A stretch of DNA of 64,000 bases from an uncultured Colwellia sp. (GCA_913061475.1 CAJXUN010000025.1:1427-65426); one strand, 5' to 3'; positions 19,969 through 29,447 are shown, counted from the stretch's first letter. Program-made: numbers and translations. The notes: generated by a model not told the origin, from the letters alone.

Positions 19969-20742
19969 TCAATCAGTTTCTATTAAATTAAATTCTGATA
20001 AAGCAGGTATCTCTAATTGCAGTTTATTCTCTAGCGCATCAAGTTGTACTAAACTCGCGCAGATGATAGCGGCTTTTTCTTCTAAGGCATTAGCCTGATT
20101 ACTGATATCAAGCTTGATATCATTTCCCATGGTTTCAATGCGTTGATCAAACGTTTCTGCTCGTTGTTCGCTACTCTGTTCTTCACGATGTGTCATGGCT
20201 TCACCAACAGCAATTAAGATAGTACCGACCGAGTTTGACACGATAGTTTCAATTTCTTTTTCAAATTCACCGGCAAAGACCTCATCAAAGTCGTCGAAAT
20301 CTTGTGGCGCGATATAATAGCTATCATCACTATGATTAAAGCGAGCACGCAGTCGAGATTTCATTTCATCAAATCGCTCTTGAAATTGTTGATGTGAGGC
20401 GCTATTTTCTCCGGTTAAACCACTAATAACCTTATTAACTGCTTTTAGTCCAAGTTCTACACCTTCTATAGCAATAGAGACAATCGCTGGCACTTGTGAC
20501 CGAATCCCCGTTGTATAATCACTGAGCTGCTCTTTTTGCTTATCAGTGAGAAGGATTTCACGGCCATTGACAAACAGTTGATGCTGGCCATTTATTTGTA
20601 CGTAAGTTTGCCCCTGATCAACAATACGGACATGCGCAGGGTCAATGATCACGCCGTAGTTGAAATTAATATCACATTGTTGAGCACTGGTTGAACCAAC
20701 AAATAAGCTAGTAAGTAATAAGCTGCGGGCAATAAAAGCCAT
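19969..20742 (-). CDS. Periplasmic DUF2884 (YggN-like) protein
   Basis: It has a signal peptide. The layout recalls E. coli YggN-type proteins (CDINFNYGVIIDP, INGQHQLFVNGREILLTDKQ), followed by an acidic helical C-terminal half. Confidence 0.55.
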   Translation of the reverse strand: MAFIARSLLLTSLFVGSTSAQQCDINFNYGVIIDPAHVRIVDQGQTYVQINGQHQLFVNGREILLTDKQKEQLSDYTTGIRSQVPAIVSIAIEGVELGLKAVNKVISGLTGENSASHQQFQERFDEMKSRLRARFNHSDDSYYIAPQDFDDFDEVFAGEFEKEIETIVSNSVGTILIAVGEAMTHREEQSSEQRAETFDQRIETMGNDIKLDISNQANALEEKAAIICASLVQLDALENKLQLEIPALSEFNLIETD

Positions 20743-20781
20743 AGAAAAACTCCATATTATATCAAGTTCTTGGCGAAGACT

Positions 20782-22485
20782 TTAAGTCGAAACAATCGGA
20801 TCTATATGAATTTTTCGTTCTTTGTAAACTAAACGACTAGGTCCATACTCGCGGCGTGTTCTATCGTGAAATTCACCAACGGTGACTTGCACCCCATGAT
20901 ACACTTTTTCGTTTGCTTCAACATAGACACTGGTCATATATTCTTGCAATGCTTCTTCAAGTGACTCTTTTTCTGAAAGGAATTTCCCCATGTTTTTTGC
21001 ATGGAATTGGTACGTTGACATAACCTTGGCTAATAACTCAGGGTTGGCCTTGTCTTTATTAGGTAGAATTTTTAGCTTGTTAGCGGCAAGTTGTAGCTCT
21101 GAAGACTTGTCTGACTCGGTTTTTATCGATACATCAAGATCAGATATTTTTTGCTGATACTCATTAATTTTATCTTCAAAGGTAATATATGTCATGCTAC
21201 CTGCGGTTGCACCTACTGTACCTGCACGTACGGACTCTCCGACGCGTATATAACCCGCAATGAGTTTACCATTTGCTTTTTCTTCGTCACCTACCCACAA
21301 GGTTTTGGCAACTTTGACAATATTGTGCATCATTTGCTTTTCAATGCGTAATGAGTCACAAGTAACCTCTGCATATTGGCTGTATTTGGCAAAAACTTTA
21401 CCGCCGGCTTTAATATTAACGCTCATGCTAATATCAGAAACGTCTACAGCTACAACTTCTTGTTTTTTACCAATAATACCTGTACCTATTGTTATATCGC
21501 CGCCGGCATCTAAGGTCGCTGATTCAACAAATCCACCGATTGAAATATCGCCGGTAGCAAATACTTTCATTCCTTCACAGACATCACCATCGATGATAAC
21601 ACTACCTTCAAATTTAACATGGCCGGTACTGATATCGACATTTTTCATTTGATAAACACTATCAACTTCCATACCGTTTTCGATAATTCGAGGTAAGCCT
21701 ACTTTGGTTGATACTAAAATACTATTGTTTTTAGGGCTCAAACTTGTGCCTTCCCCAACATGCATATCGATATCTTCACCTGGCGTCGGTTCTAATATCT
21801 CACCCGTTACGGTATATCCTTGAATGCCATCAGTCAGTGGAATTTTTTTAGCGAGCGGGTCGCCTATTTTAACACAAATAATATCGCCAAGATCGCGCAT
21901 GTCGACACTGCCATCTTCTCGTTTTTTGGGCTTTAAAATTCTATCTTGTGCACTTTCAACGAGCAGCTTAATACGAGAGTCTTTGCCATCTATTGGCAGT
22001 TTTCCATGCGCTATTTCACTTTTAACAATAGAGCCTGCTGGCTCTTTTGCTGCTTGTTTGGCAAGTTGTATCAATTGTTCTTTACTAAAACCCTTACAAA
22101 CATTGTCTGCTTGAGCCGCATTCAATATCGCTTTTGCACTCATGTGTTGACCACCCAGTGCCGTTGAAATTTCAGCAGAGGCGGACATTAAGTCCTTTTC
22201 AATTGAGATTGAAATGGTTGCATCACGGCGCTCAAGTACCTGATATTTTATCTCACGGCCCGATTGGTTTTCTTGTAAAGGTTTTAAAACACTATTTAGC
22301 TCTGCGATGGCATTTTTAATATTGCCGTTATCAACATATAAATTACTATATTCAGAGTTTTCGATTAACTCTCGAATATTGACTTCCGTTAACGGTGTCT
22401 TTGTTTTAACTGGAGACAGCACTAAGTCGATATTATTTTTATTATTGCTTACTAAACTTGCCTTGCTCACACGCGATAACTCCAT
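20782..22485 (-). CDS. DUF342 / FapA-family protein
   Basis: The 567-aa protein has a FapA_N-like N-terminus. A glycine-rich beta-helix core follows (GDISIGGFVESATLDAGGDITIGTGIIG, IKAGGKVFAKYSQYAEV, VGATAGSMTYITF), then a C-terminal coiled-coil. Confidence 0.65.
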   Translation of the reverse strand: MELSRVSKASLVSNNKNNIDLVLSPVKTKTPLTEVNIRELIENSEYSNLYVDNGNIKNAIAELNSVLKPLQENQSGREIKYQVLERRDATISISIEKDLMSASAEISTALGGQHMSAKAILNAAQADNVCKGFSKEQLIQLAKQAAKEPAGSIVKSEIAHGKLPIDGKDSRIKLLVESAQDRILKPKKREDGSVDMRDLGDIICVKIGDPLAKKIPLTDGIQGYTVTGEILEPTPGEDIDMHVGEGTSLSPKNNSILVSTKVGLPRIIENGMEVDSVYQMKNVDISTGHVKFEGSVIIDGDVCEGMKVFATGDISIGGFVESATLDAGGDITIGTGIIGKKQEVVAVDVSDISMSVNIKAGGKVFAKYSQYAEVTCDSLRIEKQMMHNIVKVAKTLWVGDEEKANGKLIAGYIRVGESVRAGTVGATAGSMTYITFEDKINEYQQKISDLDVSIKTESDKSSELQLAANKLKILPNKDKANPELLAKVMSTYQFHAKNMGKFLSEKESLEEALQEYMTSVYVEANEKVYHGVQVTVGEFHDRTRREYGPSRLVYKERKIHIDPIVST

Positions 22486-22508
22486 TAATTACAAGCTATA
22501 TGGTTTCC

Positions 22509-22835
22509 CTAGATGTAATTTTCTTGATGAACTTTAATAAAGTTTGCTGTTCCTACCTTCGAATAATCAAGCTTATATTCTTTATTATCTAAAGCTTGAA
22601 CAAATACTAAGGTTTTTTCTTCACCGAATACTTCGCCAGCACTAACATCAACAACTTCTTGATAAGCTTTTTTTGCTTCTGCGCGTTTCTTTGGCATTAT
22701 ACCGTTATATAAGGCGATGCCAGTGTGAGTTACCATGGCAACAGGATGCGCGCCATTAATGATCAGTAGGTCAATTTTTTTATTTTTATGGATAATGGTA
22801 TTGCGACCACTGGTTATAAAGTTTTTATCGTTCAA
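22509..22835 (-). CDS. Hypothetical 108-aa protein, first gene of the DUF342 operon
   Basis: It has a TTG start preceded by a strong SD (AAGGAG, 6-nt spacer). The stop lies 23 bp before the DUF342 start. I recognise no family. Confidence 0.5.
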   Translation of the reverse strand: MNDKNFITSGRNTIIHKNKKIDLLIINGAHPVAMVTHTGIALYNGIMPKKRAEAKKAYQEVVDVSAGEVFGEEKTLVFVQALDNKEYKLDYSKVGTANFIKVHQENYI

Positions 22836-22998
22836 AGCATTCTCCTTTTGAGAATCAATTACTTGCCACTTTCAATTATAACGGTTAAACGCACATTTTC
22901 ACCTTTATATTGCTATTAGCTAATTAATTTTATTTAATTAGCTCTAAATATATAAAGATTTGAATTACTAAGCAATATAAAACAGAAGTCTGCTTGAT

Positions 22999-23278
22999 CT
23001 TGCTTGTACCAAATTGATTAAGTTCTTTCCCACTCAGCGAGAGTTAAAAGGCTTAGAGGCAAGGTATTGATTGAAGATAATGGTTATTCCCTTATCAAAA
23101 TCAATAACGCAGCATATAAGACTTTTAAACTCGCCCTCTGGGAGCTTTCTCGATATCCACTAACATCGTTAAATTTATTTGATTTAGAATGACTAAATCG
23201 AAACAAATCTTCCTTGTTTTTGAACATCGAGAAGAGCTCTGAATTGGGAAGAAATTTAATCAAATTGGTATTAGCAAG
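22999..23278. repeat. ~280-bp imperfect palindromic element (MITE-like or structured RNA) with ~40-nt terminal inverted repeats and two ~98-nt internal hairpins
   Basis: The arms at 22999-23037 and 23239-23278 pair at roughly 33 of 39 positions. There is an internal hairpin at 23037-23134 and another at 23142-23239. The right end abuts the cinA stop codon. Confidence 0.6.
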
Positions 23279-24559
23279 TTAACCTTTACGGTCGTAATTT
23301 GGACATGCTTTACTATTTATCAACATTCGACGAATTAAATCTAAACCGCGAGCCGTAACTACTTGCTGAAAAAGCTGTCTCGCTAGCGGAATACAGTAAT
23401 ATTTTGCGTTTAATGTTTGTTTGTTGCCCCAAGCTATCCATACTGAACCGACCGGTCTATCTTTGGTACCACCGTTTGGTCCTGCAATACCAGAGACAGC
23501 AATGACATAGTCGGCATTAGACTTTTCTAAAGCCCCGCGCGCCATGGCTAACACAGTTTCTTGGCTAACCGCTCCATGGTTAGCTAATGTAGTATTAGGG
23601 ACATCAAGCATTTTGTGCTTCATGTCATTTGAGTAGGTAATGAAACCAGCTTGAAATACTGCCGAAGCGCCTGATACGGCGGTTATTTGACTGGCAATCA
23701 GGCCGCCAGTGCAAGATTCTGCAAGGGTAATACGTTTTGCTGACTTAATTAACAAGGGTACAAGATGGTCTGCAAGGGTTATCTTGTCACTTTTTCCGGT
23801 TGAGAGAATATGATCGCCTAATAAATAACTTAGCTTTTCCTGCCATTGCGTCAATAATACTTTTCCTTTACTACATTGCGTGGTTAATTTAACCTCCAGT
23901 AATGGCATCGCCGCGCGAAAACCGATTGATATTTCATCAGGCCAATCCGGCAGTTTGTCATTAATCAATGCTTGTAATGTCGACTCACCCATACCAAAAG
24001 TTTGTAAACGTGATACCTCGATTTTATTTGTTATGGGAAAGGCTTGCTGCAAACTAGGGATAATTTCGTCTTTTAGCATATGAGCTAATTCACTTGGTAC
24101 GCCTGGCGTGCAAATAATGAGGCATTGGTCCAATTTTATACTAATGCCAACAGCGCTCCCTGTAGCATTGGCGATAATTTCACAACCCAGAGGCAAGTAA
24201 GCTTGCTTTAAATTAGGTTTATTAAGCTTAGTGTTACGTTTATTAGCCCAATGTTTCAGATGTATATGGGCTTGAGTATTAAGCTGTAAATCAACGCCAC
24301 AGGCTTGAGCTAATGCTTGTGACGTTAGGTCATCAATGGTTGGGCCGAGTCCGCCGTTAATAATAAGTACCTTGGCTGTTTTGCTAAGCTCAGCTATTTG
24401 TGAGCGCAAAATAATGAGGTCATCAGCAACCGTCACTTTTTTGTTGATGTTTAAGCCAATACTACTGAGTTGGTCGGCAAACATGACAGAGTTGGTATCA
24501 ATAATATCACCGTTCATCAGTTCGTTGCCGGTTAACAGTATATTCACTTCTATATTCAT
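23279..24559 (-). CDS. cinA: CinA-family protein (MoCF-binding domain plus PncC nicotinamide-nucleotide amidase domain)
   Basis: The N-terminus reads LLTGNELMNGDIIDTNS..INGGLGPTIDDLT. The C-terminal half contains ESCTGGLIA, which is typical of PncC. Confidence 0.9.
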   Translation of the reverse strand: MNIEVNILLTGNELMNGDIIDTNSVMFADQLSSIGLNINKKVTVADDLIILRSQIAELSKTAKVLIINGGLGPTIDDLTSQALAQACGVDLQLNTQAHIHLKHWANKRNTKLNKPNLKQAYLPLGCEIIANATGSAVGISIKLDQCLIICTPGVPSELAHMLKDEIIPSLQQAFPITNKIEVSRLQTFGMGESTLQALINDKLPDWPDEISIGFRAAMPLLEVKLTTQCSKGKVLLTQWQEKLSYLLGDHILSTGKSDKITLADHLVPLLIKSAKRITLAESCTGGLIASQITAVSGASAVFQAGFITYSNDMKHKMLDVPNTTLANHGAVSQETVLAMARGALEKSNADYVIAVSGIAGPNGGTKDRPVGSVWIAWGNKQTLNAKYYCIPLARQLFQQVVTARGLDLIRRMLINSKACPNYDRKG

Positions 24560-24721
24560 TTTGCACCAAAGCTTAATTAGATTACGGTATTTATGTTAAC
24601 GAAAAAATGATCTGATTGCGCTGCAAATTTAATGAAAATTATTTAATGAGCGTTTAAACCTTTTTGCTGTTGGGGGTTACTTACCTATTAAACATTAAAT
24701 AAATCAGTTTAAGGGAATGTT

Positions 24722-25486
24722 ATGTCTAGTTCATTTATAAAAATATTTTTAGTGACCAGTTTTATTGCGTTAATCAGTACCCATGTTCAAGCCAATGTCG
24801 TAGATGAAATTGAACAAACATTTGATGTCAACGATGAGACTTCATTTCGTCTAAATAATATCAATGGCTCAGTAGCAATTAATGGCTGGGAACGTTCGAT
24901 AATTAAAGTGACTGCGACCATTACAACAGATAGTCAAGACGAGAGAGACAATATCGTTATTGATATGCAGCAGTTATCTAATGGGGTAAACGTAGAAACT
25001 CGTTACAAAGAACAAGGTCGCTGGAAACATAATAATTCAGGTAAAGTTGAATATGAGGTTATGGTGCCAAATAATGCTACCTTGTCGGCTATAGAGCTAG
25101 TTAATGGCTCTTTATCTATAACGAATATTAAAGGTGCGGTTAGCGCTGAGTTAGTTAATGGCTCTATTAAAGCTAAAGGCTTGGCAAGTAACAGTGAATT
25201 AAGTTCAGTTAACGGTAGTATTAAGGTCAGTTATAGCGAACTAGCAAAGGCATTAGATAAAATTGATATTGAAACGGTTAATGGCAGCATAAAAATTTCC
25301 ATGCCTAAAACACTTAATGCTACGGTGAAGGCCGAGACCATGCATGGTAGCATTAAAACTGATTTTGGCTTAGTTGCTAAAAAGAATCTTCTTACTGGAC
25401 GCCACTTGTCAGGGGAAATAGGTCGTGGTGATGTCCGTATAACAATGGAAAGTGTTAATGGTAGCATCAAACTAATGAGCGATTAA
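24722..25486 (+). CDS. Secreted DUF4097-type beta-helix protein (putative adhesin fold)
   Basis: It has a signal peptide and about 7 repeats of the (V/I)NGS(I/L/V) motif (INGSVAI, VNGSLSI, VNGSIKA, VNGSIKV, VNGSIKI, MHGSIKT, VNGSIKL). Confidence 0.65.
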   Translation: MSSSFIKIFLVTSFIALISTHVQANVVDEIEQTFDVNDETSFRLNNINGSVAINGWERSIIKVTATITTDSQDERDNIVIDMQQLSNGVNVETRYKEQGRWKHNNSGKVEYEVMVPNNATLSAIELVNGSLSITNIKGAVSAELVNGSIKAKGLASNSELSSVNGSIKVSYSELAKALDKIDIETVNGSIKISMPKTLNATVKAETMHGSIKTDFGLVAKKNLLTGRHLSGEIGRGDVRITMESVNGSIKLMSD

Positions 25487-25623
25487 CCTCTAGTTGTATT
25501 TCGTTAACAGTGATAAATGGTTGCATAAAAGTGAGTAAATAATACTCGCTTTTTTATTTTCTTTTTACTCGGCTGATATATTTGCACTATGATAAGTATA
25601 ATCGGTAAAAAGGGTAAGGTAAA

Positions 25624-26412
25624 TTGGGCTATCAATTGACACAAGTTAAAAGAGCAAAGCTACAGTGGATGTTAGTGTTTTTATTTGTTGTCATATTCTA
25701 TATCGGCAATCGCCCGGTGCAGGCTCAAGAATATATTATTGGTGTCGAAGATGTTAGTTATTATCCTTTTTATGACTTTTCTGCCCATAATGTTGAGCAA
25801 GAAAGCTTTATCAAAGAATTATTAAGTACTTTCTTTCGCGCTAAAGGCTATCAATTTAAATTCGTGGCATTGCCCGTTAAGCGATTTGATAAGTGGTATG
25901 TTGAAGAAGCTATCGATTTTAAATTTCCCGATAACGTGCGATGGCGTAACGAAGAAAGTAAAAAATTAAATGTCAATTATAGCCAACCAGTATTGCAGTT
26001 GAATGCTGGAAGCTATGTTTTAAAAAAAAATAAAGATATGTCGCGTGAAATGGTTAAACGTTTAGGCACTATTTTTGGTTTTTATCCCACGCTTTGGTAC
26101 GATCGAATTGAAAATGAAACCGTTGAGTTAATAGAAGCCTCATCGTCCATTAGCCTTGTTAAGCATTTATTGCGTGGCAATGTTGACGCTATCAATATCG
26201 ATATCAATGTTATCAAGCATAATCTGCAGTTATTAGGAAAAGCCGATGAAGCGGCTGTGTTGAATGAAAATATACACCATGAAAACTACGCTTATCACTT
26301 TTCAACCATCCATTATCCTAAAATTATCCAAGAATTTGATGAATTTATTGTCAGTCATCGTCAATTGTTGACTGAACTGAAAACTAAATATGGTATTGTT
26401 GAGTCTCAGTAA
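25624..26412 (+). CDS. Periplasmic solute-binding-like protein (family 3 SBP fold), function unknown
   Basis: It has a signal-like N-terminus, and the in-frame ATG at 25669 is an alternative start. The pattern IIGVEDVSYYPFYDF..LPVKRF is reminiscent of amino-acid-type SBPs. Confidence 0.5.
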   Translation: MGYQLTQVKRAKLQWMLVFLFVVIFYIGNRPVQAQEYIIGVEDVSYYPFYDFSAHNVEQESFIKELLSTFFRAKGYQFKFVALPVKRFDKWYVEEAIDFKFPDNVRWRNEESKKLNVNYSQPVLQLNAGSYVLKKNKDMSREMVKRLGTIFGFYPTLWYDRIENETVELIEASSSISLVKHLLRGNVDAINIDINVIKHNLQLLGKADEAAVLNENIHHENYAYHFSTIHYPKIIQEFDEFIVSHRQLLTELKTKYGIVESQ

Positions 26413-26453
26413 ATTTTTTAGTTTTTAGCGCCAATGAGAAGATATTTCATAAA

Positions 26454-26849
26454 ATGAGCAAGAAAATGCAATCGTATCATCGAACACTTTTGTTTGGTAA
26501 ATGGTACCGAAGTGATCAAGATGAAGATGGTTATGTATTTACAGAATTTGCGGAAATTTCAGCTGACGGCCGTTATGAGTTTACCTTTATTGAACATGAC
26601 GATAGTGGCACCATTTTAGAGCAATCGATTGAATCTGGTGATTGGGGATTAGTTGGCGATATTCATTTCACCATCAGTAAAAGCGAATTTATTCATGATG
26701 TACATTATGCCGCGGACTTAGAACATGATGAAAATTATCATGCCTATCGAGTGTTGAGATTAGATAGCCAAATTTTTGAATATCAACATATTTTAACTAA
26801 TGAAGTGTTTATCCTACGTCGAGTTATTGATAATATCGCACTCAGTTGA
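26454..26849 (+). CDS. Hypothetical protein (131 aa)
   Basis: It is an intact ORF in an operon-like position between the SBP-like gene and dapA. I recognise no family. Confidence 0.45.
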   Translation: MSKKMQSYHRTLLFGKWYRSDQDEDGYVFTEFAEISADGRYEFTFIEHDDSGTILEQSIESGDWGLVGDIHFTISKSEFIHDVHYAADLEHDENYHAYRVLRLDSQIFEYQHILTNEVFILRRVIDNIALS

Positions 26850-26912
26850 TAGCTAAATTAAAGTCCACATACTCATTATCCGTTTACACTAATTATCTTG
26901 TTGAGAATCCGA

Positions 26913-27821
26913 ATGAAGCAAATTAAAGCAGCCAGTTTAATAACGGCAATTAAAACACCATTTAATGCCAAAGGTGATATAGATTTTAATACCTATGATC
27001 AATTGGTCGCTGAACAAGTTAAAGCCGGTGTCGACGGCATTGTTGTTGGTGGCACAACGGGGGAAGGGCACTTATTAACATGGGAAGAACATTTAATTCT
27101 TATTGCCCACAGTGTTCATAAACACGGTAAAGATTTATTGATTATTGGTAATACGGGAAGTAACAATACACGTGAAGCAATAAAAGCGACACAACATGGT
27201 TTCGCAACTGGCATGGATGCATCATTGCAAATTAATCCATATTATGGCCGAACTTCTGTCGCCGGTGTTAATGCACATTTTGAAAAGGTGCTTGATATTG
27301 GTCCTGCATTTATCTACAACGTACCAGGGCGAACAGGACAAGATTTAACGCCAGATTTAATTGAACCCCTATCAAAGCACAAAAACTTTATTGGCGTTAA
27401 AGAGTGTGCAGGTAATGACCGTATTGCTTATTATGAAGAACGCGGCATTGCGTGTTGGTCAGGAAATGATGATCAATGTGCCGCAGGGCGCCATCAACAT
27501 GGCTCACACGGTGTTATTTCAGTTACCTCTAATATCATTCCGGGTTTAATGCGAACGTTAATGGATACACCCGATGAAGCGTTAGATACGCGCTTACAAC
27601 CGTTAATGAATTGGCTCTTTTGCGAACCAAACCCCATTGCTATAAATACTACATTGATGATGACCGCAGCCGTAGCGCCTATTTTTAGAATGCCTTATAA
27701 AGCATTAACTAAAGTACAGCGTGAGCAAGGTTTAGCGTTATTATCTGCGTTATCTCAAGACGAGCGTGTTGGTGATAAATTAAATTTAATGGCTGACGAA
27801 GATTTCCACTATAGCTATTAA
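26913..27821 (+). CDS. dapA: 4-hydroxy-tetrahydrodipicolinate synthase, plant-like subtype
   Basis: Motifs include ITAIKTP, VGGTTGEG, IGNTGSNNTREAI, INPYYGRTS, IYNVPGRTGQD, GVKEC, WSGNDD and GVISVTSN. I chose the start at ATG 26913; the ORF track starts at TTG 26898. Confidence 0.9.
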   Translation: MKQIKAASLITAIKTPFNAKGDIDFNTYDQLVAEQVKAGVDGIVVGGTTGEGHLLTWEEHLILIAHSVHKHGKDLLIIGNTGSNNTREAIKATQHGFATGMDASLQINPYYGRTSVAGVNAHFEKVLDIGPAFIYNVPGRTGQDLTPDLIEPLSKHKNFIGVKECAGNDRIAYYEERGIACWSGNDDQCAAGRHQHGSHGVISVTSNIIPGLMRTLMDTPDEALDTRLQPLMNWLFCEPNPIAINTTLMMTAAVAPIFRMPYKALTKVQREQGLALLSALSQDERVGDKLNLMADEDFHYSY

Positions 27822-27862
27822 TCATGTGATTAGTTGCAGAAGATGGTTATGGTGAAGATATG

Positions 27863-27891
27863 AACAGTGAGTTTTAGCTCACTGTTTTTTT
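27863..27891 (+). terminator. Rho-independent terminator after dapA
   Basis: AACAGTGAG-TTTTAG-CTCACTGTT is followed by a T-run. Confidence 0.85.
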
Positions 27892-27968
27892 ATGTTCAAA
27901 CTTATCTCTGCCCATGATTTAAAGGCATTATACCAAGTAGTGAAATACCATGAAGGCAGCTAGTCTAA

Positions 27969-28856
27969 TTAAATTTTTGCACTGAATTGATTAAATTGAA
28001 GGCACATTGCCGCAGGTAACACGAAATCTCGCTCAATATTGCTGAGTGGACAGTTAAACTTTAGTGCAACGGCACAAAGTTGCAGATTAACTTGTTGATC
28101 TATGGGTAAATCACTTTCTTGCTCTACTTGAGACATCTGCTCACCATGAAGTCTATCGCCAAGCACGGGAAAGCCAATACTCGCGGCATGGACTCGTATT
28201 TGGTGCTTACGGCCGGATTCTATATTTACCTTTAACAAGGATAAGTCGCGGGTTTTATCATAATCAAGATGTGAAAAGTGACTACAAGCCGCTTTGCCTT
28301 CTATCGCCAATTCAACGGTTTCTGGTTGCGGGCGCAGCTGATGGTTACCGTGAACAATTATCTGATAGGTCTTTTCTAATTGATGTTGTTCAAACATTTG
28401 ACTTAATGCTCGGGCCGCTTTTTTACTATGGGCAACTAAAATTAACCCCGTTGCTGCGCGGTCAAGTCGATGCACTGGGAATACGGCTCGCTCTGGCTGT
28501 AAGTTTTTTTGTGCCCAACGGGTAATAGTGCAATGATCGCTCCATTTTGAACCCTGAGATAACATGCCATAAGGCTTATACCAAACGCTATAATCAGCCA
28601 AGTCGGCAATTAATGTTGCAGGCGTAGGAGTTTGAGATAAAACATTAACGTCGTAATAAAAATGTAGTTTATCGTCAATATCTAATGCTTTCTTTAGGCG
28701 ACGACAACGTTGTGTTGTTTTACCTCGGCTATGCCACAATGCGCCTTTATCAATGGCCTTTTTTATTTCACCAACGCTTAGGTCGCATTGAATTTGCAAT
28801 GCTTCTACGATGCTTATGTTGCGATCAATATTTATGTGACATTCAAATTTTTTCAA
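27969..28856 (-). CDS. RluA-family pseudouridine synthase with an S4-like N-terminal domain
   Basis: The catalytic motif is HRLDRAATGLILVAH, and GRKHQIRVH is also present. Confidence 0.85.
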   Translation of the reverse strand: MKKFECHINIDRNISIVEALQIQCDLSVGEIKKAIDKGALWHSRGKTTQRCRRLKKALDIDDKLHFYYDVNVLSQTPTPATLIADLADYSVWYKPYGMLSQGSKWSDHCTITRWAQKNLQPERAVFPVHRLDRAATGLILVAHSKKAARALSQMFEQHQLEKTYQIIVHGNHQLRPQPETVELAIEGKAACSHFSHLDYDKTRDLSLLKVNIESGRKHQIRVHAASIGFPVLGDRLHGEQMSQVEQESDLPIDQQVNLQLCAVALKFNCPLSNIERDFVLPAAMCLQFNQFSAKI

Positions 28857-29061
28857 AATAGTTCTACTCAGTGAATCTATGTGGGCTAGTTTAACAAATT
28901 TCTAGCGCTAAATGGTGTGCTAAAATCATCTTCTATCGTTCGCGAGATAATATAAAGCAGTAAAAGCACAACAAGGGTTTAATTTAGTTAAATTGCTCGT
29001 AGTTTTTAAGGTAAGAGCACGATAAAATACGCGCATTAGCAAAATAATATGAGAACAACCA

Positions 29062-29409
29062 ATGCAACGTAATGAAGAATTATTCCCGTTAGATAATGTC
29101 GGCAACGCTTTATGGCAAATGTTAGAAGCTGGTGATGATCTCACCATCGAAAGAGAGTTTGAATTTTCAGTTATTTTTTCTGACCAAGAGCAAGCATTAA
29201 AGTTTGGTCAATTATTGCTAGAAAATAATCAAAAACTTTCATTCTGTCCATACCAAGGCGACGATGCCTTTCCTTGGGAAATTACTGCTTATCCATTTAT
29301 GTCAGCAAGTTATGAAAATATTGCTGCTTATCAAGAGTTATTAACGACAAGTGCGACACCATTTTCTGGCCAATATGATGGTTGGTACTGCATTGACGCG
29401 AGTAAATAA
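29062..29409 (+). CDS. RraB-like (regulator of ribonuclease activity B family) protein
   Basis: This is a small acidic protein ending in ...GQYDGWYC, which resembles the YDGW segment of RraB. The resemblance rests on memory only. Confidence 0.45.
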   Translation: MQRNEELFPLDNVGNALWQMLEAGDDLTIEREFEFSVIFSDQEQALKFGQLLLENNQKLSFCPYQGDDAFPWEITAYPFMSASYENIAAYQELLTTSATPFSGQYDGWYCIDASK

Positions 29410-29447
29410 GCTTACTTTTCGATTTATTGATAACTCAGGTAAATAGT

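Noticed and set aside
19895-20098. A 67-aa plus-strand ORF overlaps the 3' end of the DUF2884 gene.
   Set aside because: It has no SD, overlaps a better-supported gene, and its upstream part lies in terminator or intergenic sequence.
26021-26029. An A9 homopolymer lies inside the SBP-like CDS (a similar A-run occurs at 361-369 in the GGDEF-EAL gene). I considered it as a phase-variation tract.
   Set aside because: Runs of this length encoding Lys-Lys-Asn are expected by chance in an AT-rich genome. There are no other contingency-locus features.
28926-29147. A 73-aa minus-strand ORF spans the rluA-like / rraB-like intergenic region.
   Set aside because: It overlaps the start of the plus-strand gene, has no SD, and has an implausible Cys/Ser/Leu-rich composition.
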